Shown piece after piece: positions 13,240 to 24,192 of a stretch of DNA of 64,000 nt. The stretch is from assembly GCF_001194135.2 (NCBI RefSeq), contig NC_068987.1, positions 105,302,157-105,366,156 on the forward strand, written 5' to 3'. The notes under the pieces are model-generated. The model worked only from the letters and a program-made list of their open reading frames with translations. It searched no databases and had not been told where the DNA came from. The DNA is from Octopus bimaculoides (Eukaryota). Both the position numbers and the translations under genes were made by a program. Position 1 is the first letter of the stretch. The number at the start of each line of letters is the position of its first letter.

Positions 13240-13840
13240 AATTGTTTTGGTATTATTTTCCTGGCTTTTGTGCTCAGAGTTTAAATTGACAAATCCTTCA
13301 CAGAGTGACACTATGAAGAAACGACGTCATTCATTCACTCCAAATCCTGCTGAGCTAAGTTTTAACTTTCATCCTTTCGACGTCTGTAAAATAAAACACC
13401 GATTCAAGGTGCAGGATTGGCAGAATTGTTAGTGTCAACTTCTTTCGGTTGTCTTGCTTTTCGAGATATTTGGTCGCTTGGGTCCACACTGCCACCTGGT
13501 TTTTGAATGATGCCTTGGCGGAATTTTAGTTTAAGCACACCCTTCATAACTATTTTATTTTTTGGAATTTTCAGAAATTTTTGGGAATTTGAATTTTATA
13601 CCCGGAAATTCATACAATTTCATCCTTCTTTCACTGACTGACAGAAAACAAAAAAATGGAACTTGCCATTGNNNNNNNNNNGTTTAGCTAGTATGAAGCA
13701 TGTCTCTGGTCCTTGTATTATTACAATTGTTTGTAACATGGTGTCAACATTTTCTTCGCTTCCAATTGCGACCTGGTCACTGATAACGTTGAGATGCTGT
13801 TTGGAACGACGAAAATTCGACACCATATTAGAAACAATCA

Positions 13841-14080
13841 TAAGGCGGTGAGCTGGCAGAGTGGTTAGCACGCCGGGCGAAATGCTTACCGGTATTTCGT
13901 CTGCTGTTGCGTTCTCAGTTCAAATTACGCCGAGGTCGACTTTGCCTTTCATCCTTTCGGGGTCGATAAATTAAGTACCAGTTAAACACTGGGGTCGATG
14001 TAATCGACTTAATCCCTTTGTCTGTCCTTGTTTGTCCCCGCTATGTTTAGCCCCTTGTGGGCAAAAACAACAAAAAAAAA
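13841..14080 (+). mobile_element. SINE family D
   Basis: aaggcggtgagctggcag...gttctcagttcaaatt (A/B-box-like); perfect 11-bp TSD AGAAACAATCA (13830-13840, 14081-14091). Confidence 0.9.
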
Positions 14081-14689
14081 AGAAACAATCACTTGCGTAC
14101 GGTGGTCGTTGTACTGGGTGTGCAGCCACACCCAATGCCACCAAATTTCAAGCAGGGGTATAACAAAAAATTTCCATTAAGATTTGTGATTAAATTAATG
14201 AGTAAGATTAATATCTATAATGAATTTACCATTTTCGATGTGTGTGCAGTACACATCTAGCACACCTGGAATATACGTCCCTAGAAATAATAAATGTTTA
14301 GGTGAAGTTAACAATTTTAGTGTGTTTCTGAATGGCTAATGTGTGTCATGTGTCTTCCAGGCTGCAATCGATTCACTTTAAAAATTTATTGAAAAATAGA
14401 GAAATGAAAATATTCTCTGCTTCTATTTAATCCTCTCTCTCTCTCCCTCTTATACAGACCCTTTCTCTGCAAGTCCAGAGTTATTTCCCCTCATAGTTCA
14501 TTGTCATTGTTTACATCGTTTATTTGTATTTAATCCCTGTCACATTACAATCCTTTCTTCCGGTGGCAAAGCAATGTAGTTACCGAAAGGAAAGAAATAA
14601 ACCTCATTCAGAATCATTGATTAAACGCATATTACTTATGAACTTTTCCTTCATTGTTATTGACTATAATCAGCCTTTGACTTGTAGTA

Positions 14690-14760
14690 ACGCCTGCGCA
14701 TGCGTAGAAGCAAGCGTTTCCCGCTCAATTCATTGTCTTTCTCGCTGGCCAGCGATTGAG
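14690..14760. promoter_or_regulatory. Candidate housekeeping-type promoter (NRF1-like and E2F-like sites)
   Basis: TGCGCATGCGTA at 14695-14706, TTTCCCGC at 14717-14724 and perfect palindrome TCGCTGGCCAGCGA at 14742-14755 in locally CpG-retaining, non-repeat DNA 4 kb upstream of the ZnF ORF. Confidence 0.4.
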
Positions 14761-16003
14761 CATTTGTTTAAGCTGTCTCTCTCTACATCCTTCCGACTTA
14801 CACAAGACAGCTCGCTCACAACTACAGAACAACGTCTCAACAACTATGCTCATACACACAGAAGCTGTAACAACAACAGACATAAAGATTTGTATGTTTA
14901 CCACCTAAATAAAGTGTTGTTTAAGTTGTTTAGTCTGGAGTTCAGGCGTTCCAACACTATAATTTTATAGTAGAAAGTCAGGTATACAATCTAAAGATGA
15001 AATAACCCACTTTCGGACTAAAGACTTTTCGTCAGAGATTGGACGTTGTTACTTACAAGTACTTTTGATTTCAACCATACCAAACAAAAGGTGACTCATG
15101 TGTAAGTTGAATTTATCCGCGAAGAAAGACATTTAAATATTTATATTATTTCGAGGCTGATTATTCACTCCGTCGCTACAAAAAGGTAAAATAACGTAAC
15201 GTTTTGTACCAACCGGACATTAATTAAGGTAATGTAAAAGTCTGTCACAGACACACTGATATTACTTTGTGATTTTCTCATTACAAAAAGTCTAATTTGT
15301 GTTGAGACAGCTGTTGGACATCAAATTTGATCACAATAACGACATTTGACATGGAATATGTAAGTATTAAATATTCTGTATTTTGATTTTACGCAAATAA
15401 AGCTTTCATTAAAGTTTGTTCATTTAATGTACTTAAAATTACAAAATTTGGGTTTCACTTTCACTCTAGAGGCAGCTGAAAATCGACTCATAGAAATTGG
15501 AAGTTTTGTTATTTTGAATATTACCGTTCTGTAAGATTTTTACCATTATTTTAGTTTAGTTCGGTAATATTTTCTGCTTTCATTGTTGAATTCTTATGTT
15601 ACCGTATTCCGATAAACGTAACTTAAAAAATTTCACCACTTATTTGTTTCTTTAGACCACACCATTTTTTCTTTTTTAATAAATGGACTGCTTGTTTTAT
15701 ATTTTGAACAAAAAAATCCCCCAGATCACCTCACCCAAAGAAACGGATTAAAGTTTAAGGATTTACAATTGAGCATAGTTTTGCTTGTAATAACTTAGTC
15801 TCTTTGTTATTACTCCGTTTTCATTTCATATGTATGAATATATTTTGTTTGCAAGTGTAATTACATCTTCATCCCTAATAAACAGAATCTGAAACATTAT
15901 TTGTAAACCCTTATAGAACTAATGTTTTGGAAAAAAACAAAGCAACAAGAAAAACAAAACAATATATTTAGATACTTCAGATTCAAGCAAAACATATTTA
16001 TAT

Positions 16004-16382
16004 AGGCACGGGAGTAGCTGTGTGGTAAGTAGCTTGCTTACCAACCACATCGTTCTGAGTTCAGTCCCACTGTGTGGCACCTTGGCCAAGTGTCTTCTAC
16101 TATAGCCTCGGGCTGACCAAAGCGTTGTGAGTGGATTTGGTAGACAGAAACTGAAAGAAGCCCGTCGTATATATGTATATATGTGTCTGTGTTTGTCCCC
16201 CTGGCATTGCTTGACAACCAATGCTGGTGTGTTTATGTCCCCATAACTTAGCGGTTTGGCAAAAGATACCGATAGAATAAGTTCTAAGGTTCCAAAGAAT
16301 AAGTCCCGGGGTTGATTTGTTCGACTAAAGGCGGTGCTCCAGCATGGCCGCAGTCAAATGACTGAAACAAGTAAAAGAGTAA
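16004..16382 (+). mobile_element. SINE family B, full length
   Basis: ggcacgggagtagctgtgtggtaag...gcggtgctccagcatggccgcagtcaaatgactgaaacaagtaaaagag. Confidence 0.9.
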
Positions 16383-16720
16383 TAAAGTAGCAGTTAGAAT
16401 GGAATGAATTGGCCCCTTACGTTAAAGAAATCTAGTGAGCTTGAGTTCAATCCCTGAGGGAAGGACACATTGGGCACTGATGCAACCCTAGATATCAGAG
16501 TTGAATAAAAGACTGGATGGTCATAATGACTTAGTTTGTGTCATTGGTCATCTGCATCAGAGATGATTTAGGGATCAAATAGCAATGGTGAATGATGTAT
16601 ATGGAGGAAGAAGAATTTTATGCTTAACGGTTGAATGGTTTATATACTATTGTGCACAATCTGAAGGTATAGCCATACTCTGTAAAAATGTAGATTTCAC
16701 ACAAGGTTTGCATCTTAATT

Positions 16721-17115
16721 GTTTCAGTCATTGGACTGACTATGCTGTGGCACACCCTTGAAGGGTTTAGTTGAATAAATCTACCCCTGTACTTGTATTC
16801 CACTTTTTTTTTATAAGTTTGGTACTTATTCTACTGGTCTCTTTTGCTGAACTGTTAAGTTACAGGGATGTAAACAAACCAACACTGGTTGTCAAGCAGT
16901 GCAGGGTGAGGGGAGGAAGGCAAACACAAAGAAACACGTACGCACACACACACACACACACACATCTATACATATACAACAGGCTACGTTCAGTTTCCGT
17001 CTACCAAATTCTCTGCTTGGCCCAGAGATGGAATATGTAGTAGAAAATACTTGCCCAAGCTGCTGTGCAGTGAGATAACTTGAAACCATGTTGCAAAGTG
17101 AGTTTCTTAACCACT
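16721..17115 (-). mobile_element. SINE family B, diverged
   Basis: Reverse-complement similarity to 16004 throughout. Confidence 0.75.
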
Positions 17116-17157
17116 GAAATTCTGTTATTCATGTAAATATTTATCTCTTCAGTTTAT

Positions 17158-17339
17158 CAGCACAGGCATGGCTATGTGGTAAGAAGCTTGCTTACCAGCC
17201 ACAAGGTTCCGGGTTCAGTCCCACTGCAAGGTTCCTTGGGCAAGTGTCTTCTACTATAGCCTCGGGCCAACCAAAGTCTTGTGAGTGGATTTTGGTAGAC
17301 GGAAACTGAAAGAAGCCCANNNNNNNNNNNNNNNNNNNN

Positions 17340-17376
<37 letters not shown>

Positions 17377-17955
17377 GCACAGTTGTGGCTGTGTGGTAAG
17401 AAGCTTGCTTACCAGCCACAAGGTTCCGGGTTCAGTCCCACTGTAAGGCACCTTGGGCAAGTGTCTTCTGCTATAACCTCGGGCCAACCAAAGTCTTGTG
17501 AGTGGATTTTGGTAGACGGAAACTGAAAGAAGCCCATTGTGTATATACATATATGTATATGTATACTCAATCCAAACATGAACAAGCAAGAAAAAACGTG
17601 AGGCCTGGAATAAGTAGTGTTATTGGACACTCAGGAAAAGAAAGAGGATTTCACATTTCGAGCAGAGCTCTTCATCAGAAATATAGAAAAAGTCCAAAGA
17701 AGGGAAGACAGAAAGAAAATCGCCAATGATACACACGTGGTCACATATATATATATGTGTGTTTGTCCTCCTCCTACCATTGCTTGACAACCTATGTTGG
17801 TGTGTTTATGTCCTTGTAACTTAGTGGTCCGGTAAAAAGATTGATAGAATAAGTACTAGGTCTACAAAGAATAAGTTCTGGGGGTCGATTTTTTTCAACT
17901 AAAGGTGGTGCTCCAGCATGGCCACAGTCAAATGACAGAAACAAGTAAAAGAATA
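17158..17955 (+). mobile_element. Two family B heads (17158-17319, 17374 onward) around a 20-N gap; the second carries a ~190-bp foreign insert at ~17560-17745
   Basis: Direct comparison of the two heads; the 3' half of family B resumes at ~17755. Confidence 0.8.
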
Positions 17956-18683
17956 AAAAAACAGCCCTTTCTCTTTATGTATCTTCTCTGTCTTACATTG
18001 TTCCCTTATTATTTCAGGTTATCAGATGACGTTGAAATAATATCATTTTCTATTTCAGATAACTCAGCGATATTCATCAACCAACAAAGCTAAAGAAAGG
18101 TGTTATGCAGAATAGATAAAACCCAGTTTATATAAATCTATGGCTGAATTACTGTGAAATATCTCTTCTGAAATGAGATTGAAAGAAGCATTTCTTTACT
18201 TTACTGTTTGTAATAAACAGAAGATAATTTTGCATTCTAATTAAACCTGTACATATTTATTATGTAAATATAACTGATTTCTTTGCAAGAAATTTCATGG
18301 GAGATATATCTTGGAAAATGAATCTATGTTGGTGTTAATTTTCTTTTTGGTTTCCTGTTACATGACAGGGTTCTGTTGTAATAATCTGAATCAATCATCT
18401 CAAAAATGCTTGCTTCCTAATAAATCATCTTTTATAAGACTGTTTGCAGAAGCTTCAGATATTGCCAAACATCACAGTAGATGGAATTATAGTTGGAGGA
18501 TATTTGTGTGTATATATATCGTTTAATGTCCGCCTTCCATGCTAGCATAGGTTGGACATATTTATACACACTCACAAAACAAATTTACATATTGTTGTGG
18601 AAGAAGAAAAAAATAATGAAAATTGAATATTGTGAAAGTCTGAGTTATTTAAGGATTAAAAAAAGACTAATTATCTTGATGAG

Positions 18684-20135
18684 ATGTTGAAACAGACTGG
18701 AAAAACATCATTCCACTGTAATATTTGTGAAAAATCATTCTCTCAAGAAAGAGATTTAACTACCCAAAAATGTATTCATAGAGGAAAAAGTCCATATTCC
18801 TGTGATTTCTGTGGTAAATCCTTCACTAGGACAAGTCACCTAATTGCTCACAAACGTATCCATACTGGAGAGAAGCTATATCACTGTGATATCTGTGGTA
18901 AATCATTCTCTGATAAAAGTACTTTAACTAAACACAAACACATTCATACAGGAGAGAATCCATATCGCTGTACCATTTGTGGTAAATCATTCTCTCAGAC
19001 AAATCACTTAACTAGACACAAATATATTCATATTGGAAAGAAGCCATATGACTGTGATATCTGTGGTAAATCATTCACTACTAAAGATACCTTAACTACT
19101 CACAAACAAAATCATGCAGGAAGGAATCCATATCGCTGTGATATCTGTGGTAAATCATTCTCTCGAAATTGTAACTTGACCACTCACAAATGTATTCATA
19201 CAGGAGAGAAACCATATCACTGTGACATCTGTGGTAAATCATTCTCTTCAGCAGGTCCTTTAGCTGCTCATAAACGTACTCATACAGGTGAGAAGCCATA
19301 TCACTGTGATATTTGTGGTAAATCATTTTCCATATCGGGTAATTTAAATAAACACAAACACATTCATACAGGAAATAAACCATATAATTGTGATATCTGC
19401 GGTAAATCCTTCTCTGCTATAAGTTCCGTAGCTACTCATAAACGCATTCATTCAGGAGAGTTGCCATATAATTGTCATGTCTGTGGTAAATCCTTCTCAA
19501 TAACAAGTAACTTAACTAAGCATAAACGCATTCATACAGGAGAGAAACCATATCACTGTGATATCTGTGGTAAATCATTCTCTAGAAGTGATGATTTAAT
19601 TACTCATAAACGTATTCATACAGGAGAGAAACCATATCATTGTGATATCTGTGGTAAATCTTTCTCTATAGTAAGTAACTTGACTAAACACAAACGTATT
19701 CATACAGGAGAAAAGCCATACCGCTGTGATATTTGTGGTAAATCATTCTCTGCAATGTGTCGCTTAAATATTCACAAGCGTATTCATACTGGAGAGAAAC
19801 CATATCACTGTGACATCTGTGGGAGATCATTCTCTCAGAGTAGTGTGTTAACTAATCACAGACGCATTCATACAGGTGAAAAGCCATATCATTGTGATAT
19901 CTGTGGTAAATCATTCTCTGCAATGTGTAGCTTAAATATTCACAAGCGTATTCATACTGGAGAGAAACCATATCACTGTGACATCTGTGGGAGATCATTC
20001 TCTCAGAGTAGTGTGTTAACTAATCACAGACGCATTCATACAGGTGAAAAGCCATATCATTGTGATATCTGTGGTAAATCATTCTCTCAAGCAAGTCACT
20101 TAATTAGACACAAGCGTATTCATACAGGAGATTAG
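18684..20135 (+). CDS. Tandem C2H2 zinc-finger protein, 17 fingers (finger 1 has its first His replaced by Gln); no KRAB/ZAD/SCAN-like domain visible
   Basis: 483-aa uninterrupted ORF of CX2CX3FX5LX2HX3H units joined by TGEKPY-type linkers, 84-bp periodicity. Confidence 0.95.
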   Translation: MLKQTGKTSFHCNICEKSFSQERDLTTQKCIHRGKSPYSCDFCGKSFTRTSHLIAHKRIHTGEKLYHCDICGKSFSDKSTLTKHKHIHTGENPYRCTICGKSFSQTNHLTRHKYIHIGKKPYDCDICGKSFTTKDTLTTHKQNHAGRNPYRCDICGKSFSRNCNLTTHKCIHTGEKPYHCDICGKSFSSAGPLAAHKRTHTGEKPYHCDICGKSFSISGNLNKHKHIHTGNKPYNCDICGKSFSAISSVATHKRIHSGELPYNCHVCGKSFSITSNLTKHKRIHTGEKPYHCDICGKSFSRSDDLITHKRIHTGEKPYHCDICGKSFSIVSNLTKHKRIHTGEKPYRCDICGKSFSAMCRLNIHKRIHTGEKPYHCDICGRSFSQSSVLTNHRRIHTGEKPYHCDICGKSFSAMCSLNIHKRIHTGEKPYHCDICGRSFSQSSVLTNHRRIHTGEKPYHCDICGKSFSQASHLIRHKRIHTGD

Positions 20136-20354
20136 CCATATCACTGTGATATCTGAGAGATCATTCTCTCGAAATAGAGATCTACCTACTCACAAATGCA
20201 TCCTTATAAGAGAGAAGCCATAACATTGTGATAATTTTCTCATTCAGGAGAGAAGTCATATTAATATCATTTTTATAGTGGATCATTCTCTCAATATTCT
20301 CATTCAGGAGAGAATTCATATTAATATCATTTTTACAGTGGATCATTCTCTCAA
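20136..20354 (+). pseudogene. Decayed zinc-finger units in the 3' UTR
   Basis: After the TAG the sequence continues PYHCDI, then a 2-nt deletion, then SFSRNRDLPTHKCILIREKP*HCD; then two 60-bp tandem units retaining cattcaggagagaa and tcattctctca. Confidence 0.8.
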
Positions 20355-20996
20355 GTCATTTTAACTTAAACATATTCATACATTAGAGTAAGCATATCAC
20401 TCTTATATCTAAGTTCATTGTATATTCATGAAAGTAAAATTATTATGATTAAATTACATCATATTATACATTGCTTGTAATTTTGTTGCCCAGAAATTTC
20501 ATTGCAGCCATTACATCTTCAGATATATTCATCATGGCAAATACATCATTGCCAAACTTGTAATGCTTTTTACCTATGTTACAAATACATTGCTAAATGG
20601 TAGAAGCAGCTGAGAAGAGTTCCACTTGGATCTGGTGAAGTAGGAATGTAGATGAATTACAGAAAGAGTAATATACCTTCTGGCTAAACTGGTTACAACA
20701 GACAAGGTACATTGGTTCTGGGGCACCTTAAGTGTTCAGAGGATGGCATTACAGACAGTAACACAGAATATGGAAGCACCGTTATTCAGGAGTTATGACC
20801 TGGACACTGTCTAGCCTTCTTAGAGTGAAATGAGGTAGAGGGTCTCTGAAAACTTTTTGCTGTTCAGCTCTCTGTATTTAAGTTTTCATTTGCCAAATAA
20901 GTGTATCATATTTCAAGAAAAGCGGTTCAAAGACAAAAATTCCCTCCTATAATTTGAAAAGTTTTAGGAATCTTGAAAAAGGAACTGAAGAAATAA

Positions 20997-21382
20997 TTGT
21001 TGTTGGCACTCCATCGCTTACGACGTCGAGGGTTCCAGTTGATCTGATGAACGGAATAGCCTGCTCGTGAAATTAACTTGCAAGTGGTTGAGCATTCCAC
21101 AGACATGTGTACCCTTAACGTAGTTCTCAGGGATATTCAGCGTGACACAGAGTGTGACAAGGCTGACACTTTGAATTACAGGCACAACAGAAACAGGAAG
21201 TAAGAGTGAGAGAAAGTTGTGGTGGAAGAGTACAGCAGGGTTCACCACCATCCCCTGCCGGAGCCTCGTGGAGCTTTTTAGGTGTTTTCACTCAATAAAC
21301 ACTTACAACGGTCTGGGAATCGAAACCGCGATCCTATGACCGCGAGTCCGCTGCCCTAACCACTGGGCCATTGCGCCTCCAC
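20997..21382 (-). mobile_element. tRNA-derived SINE, family A
   Basis: Reverse complement of 8916 and 11356, ending ...cactgggccattgcgcctccac. Confidence 0.92.
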
Positions 21383-21800
21383 ATTTCTTTATATAATTCT
21401 CATTATATAAAGAAATATAAAGATAGTGCAACTAGAACTCCAAGCATTGTCAATGAATCACAATATTGCAAGACACTAGAATATTTTAAAGACATTGCTT
21501 GTAATTTATCTTTATAGTTCAATTTTAACTGTGTTCTTATTTTCATTCTTGGATTCTATTCTTAAAAGTAAATCTATTTTGTTTTATATATACTTGATAT
21601 TTTGTCATTAAATTTCTTGTTCAATTTTAAAATGTATTGTATTTATGGTGCAAATAAAATTTTTATACAATGTCTAACATTGTCTTTTAGTGTGCAGATG
21701 GAAAAAGAAAAGTAACTTTTCTTCTTTACATCACTTGTCTTTTTGTACAGGAGATGAAGGTCAGCATGATCAACTTTGTATTTAACAAGCCTGCACTGCA

Positions 21801-22393
21801 ATCATCATCATCATCATCATGCTAGCATGGGTTGGACGATTTGACTGGGGACTGGCAAACCAGATGGCTACACCAGACTCCAATCTGATCTGGCAGAGTT
21901 TCTACAGCTGGATGCCCTTCCTAACACCAACCACTCTGAGAGTGTAGTGGGTGCTTTTTACGTGCCACCAGCACGAGGGGCCAGTCCGACGGTACTGGCA
22001 ACGGCCACGCTCAAATGGTGTTTTTTATGTGCCACCTGCACAGGAGTCAGCCAATGTTTTGTTCACATGCCACCGGCACAAGTGCCAGTAAGGTGAAGCT
22101 GGAAACGATCGTGCTCAAATGGTGCTTTTTATATGCCATTGGCATGGGAGCAAGACCGCTGCTCTGGCAGTGATCCCGCTCGGATGGTGCTGTTAGCGCT
22201 CCACTGGCATGGGTACCGGTCATCAAATTTGGTTCAGTTTCGATCTCACTTATCTTAGGAAGGGCATCCAGCTGTAGAAACTCTGCCAAATCAGATTGGA
22301 GCCTGGTGTAGCCATCTGGTTTCACCAGCCCTCAGTCAAATGGTCCAACCCATGCTAGCATGGAAAGCGGACGTTAAACGATGATGATGATAT
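21801..22393. mobile_element. Head-to-head pair of family C elements (21801-22252 minus, 22253-22393 plus)
   Basis: (CAT)n tail on the left, (GAT)n tail on the right; arms 21818-21924 and 22255-22362 are reverse complements. Confidence 0.9.
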
Positions 22394-22749
22394 ATATAGA
22401 ATTATAATTTTCTTTCGAAAAACATAGCGCAGAAGTGCTCAAGTCAAACCAGAGGCGCTAGACAAGTATAATAGATACAATAGAAAAGGTTCAAATCAAG
22501 CAGACTACGATTAACACATATACGGGTTTAATTAGGATAAAATAAGAATTGTCCAATCGGAAACATATATTGATATATTAGAAATATAAAAATATATGAA
22601 TGCTAAAAATATACATGGACATATATATAGATATGTAAACATAATAATGAAATATAGAAAAAAGACGTTTTTAAAAATTCAAAATATAATATAGAGAAAG
22701 TAATAGGCATTAAAAAGAGTTTTGGGTAACATGTTAGAGGTAAATAAGG

Positions 22750-23460
22750 TGTCCCAACGATCGTTTCAGGAGTACATTCGTCAAGATTACATATGAATTT
22801 TAAGATTCGTTTCTATAGAATGCCTCCATCATCAGGGGAAAATAGTGTTTATGCTAGATATGCATTTAGTTCCTATATATATATATATATATATATATAT
22901 CAACAAAAACCAAACCAACACTGGACTTCACCTAAAACATAAGTCCTACTATTCATTTTACATTAAAAATGATACAGTAAAATGCATGTAATACATTGCT
23001 AAAACCACTGCTTCAGTATTTATACATAAGCAAGAAGATATTCCTGGAAAAAATAAGTACTCGTTACAATATGTAAGATTCACAACTATAAGATCAATAT
23101 AAAACTGTACTACATTATGAGACTGTCTTATTGTTGAAAGACTGCCTGAGAAGGTATAAAGTATCTGTGCTTAATACAATATCAAAACAATAGCCTGGAG
23201 TGTCACTTGTTTAACTGAAGGGAAATAACTGAACACCTTATGCATTCGAAGTAAGCCTTACTAAATAGAAATAATACGATTCTTAAAGATTAAATTCACA
23301 AATTGTCGAAAAGACCTAATCAGGGTCATTGATGGAAATGGACGGGGATATGCTTGATGATGGTGTTTCCCCAATTTTCGGCTCCTTGGTGTTGTAGGAG
23401 TAAGTTGTTTATAGCGTCTACCTCTCCTTTCCAACCTTAGTTTCATAGACCTTAACATAT
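22750..23460 (-). mobile_element. Probable Penelope-like element remnant
   Basis: Broken minus-strand peptide SISIND...FNL*ESYYF...LTSNA*GVQLF resembles PLE endonuclease C-termini; degenerate hammerhead-like motifs lie downstream at 22755-22840. Confidence 0.35.
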
Positions 23461-23842
23461 CCGTAAAACCAATTACGATTACTTCTCATAGTTACAACAA
23501 ACATTATGAATGGCAAGTCATTATAGAAATTAAATAACGATGGAAGCTATGGAAAATAAAGGTTGTAGTTCATATAGTGTTAACTGAGAACTCAATTAGC
23601 AATGCTAGACTATAGAAAATAATAAATGTACTGTATATACATACAATACTGAAAACTCAACCAGTAATGAAAATCTGGGATATATATCAAGTTCTACATA
23701 TTATCACACACTAATTCATACGTAAGCATCAGCATAAAACCAGGTACACAAAACCATTTTAGTAAAATATTCAGAGGGAGACAAAGCAGCCAGAGACTGA
23801 CAGGTAATGTAACTCTTGAAGCAGGACGACGTTGGTTTAAAC

Positions 23843-24192
23843 CAGAGGTACTCAACCATTTTTATCTATGGACCTCTTTGATTACTATTTTATTGTAGTG
23901 GACCCCCATAGCCGTTCGATGCTTAAAACTAGATTTATTGAAACTTCTTTCTAAATTCTTATTTTGTTTTTCACATATTAACTTGTGGAGGTTGAACTAC
24001 GTAAAATGTTAGAGTGAAGCCTAGTTGTTTCTTACAATACACACCAATACATATATCTAAAGTAAAACTTTTTTCAGAGGCCCTTAAAATATTATCGTGG
24101 ATCCTCAAATTACTATTTTCTTACGTGCCCCGTCCCCTTCCAATCTCACATGGACCCTGAAAGGCTATATGGATTCCAGTTGAGAAACACTG
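23843..24192. mobile_element. hAT-type MITE (350 bp)
   Basis: Perfect 8-bp TSD GTTTAAAC (23835-23842, 24193-24200); TIRs cagaggtactcaac / gttgagaaacactg. Confidence 0.85.

Noticed and set aside
15008-15040. Hammerhead-like CUGACGA...GAAA on the minus strand
   Set aside because: Stem II does not pair and there is no UH site or stem I.
19096-19383. Antisense ORF in the ZnF gene
   Set aside because: It is a shadow frame of the periodic finger repeats.
21040-21080. CTGATGA...GAAA in family A SINE
   Set aside because: The other two copies read ccgatca here, so the core is a private mutation, and there is no cleavage site.
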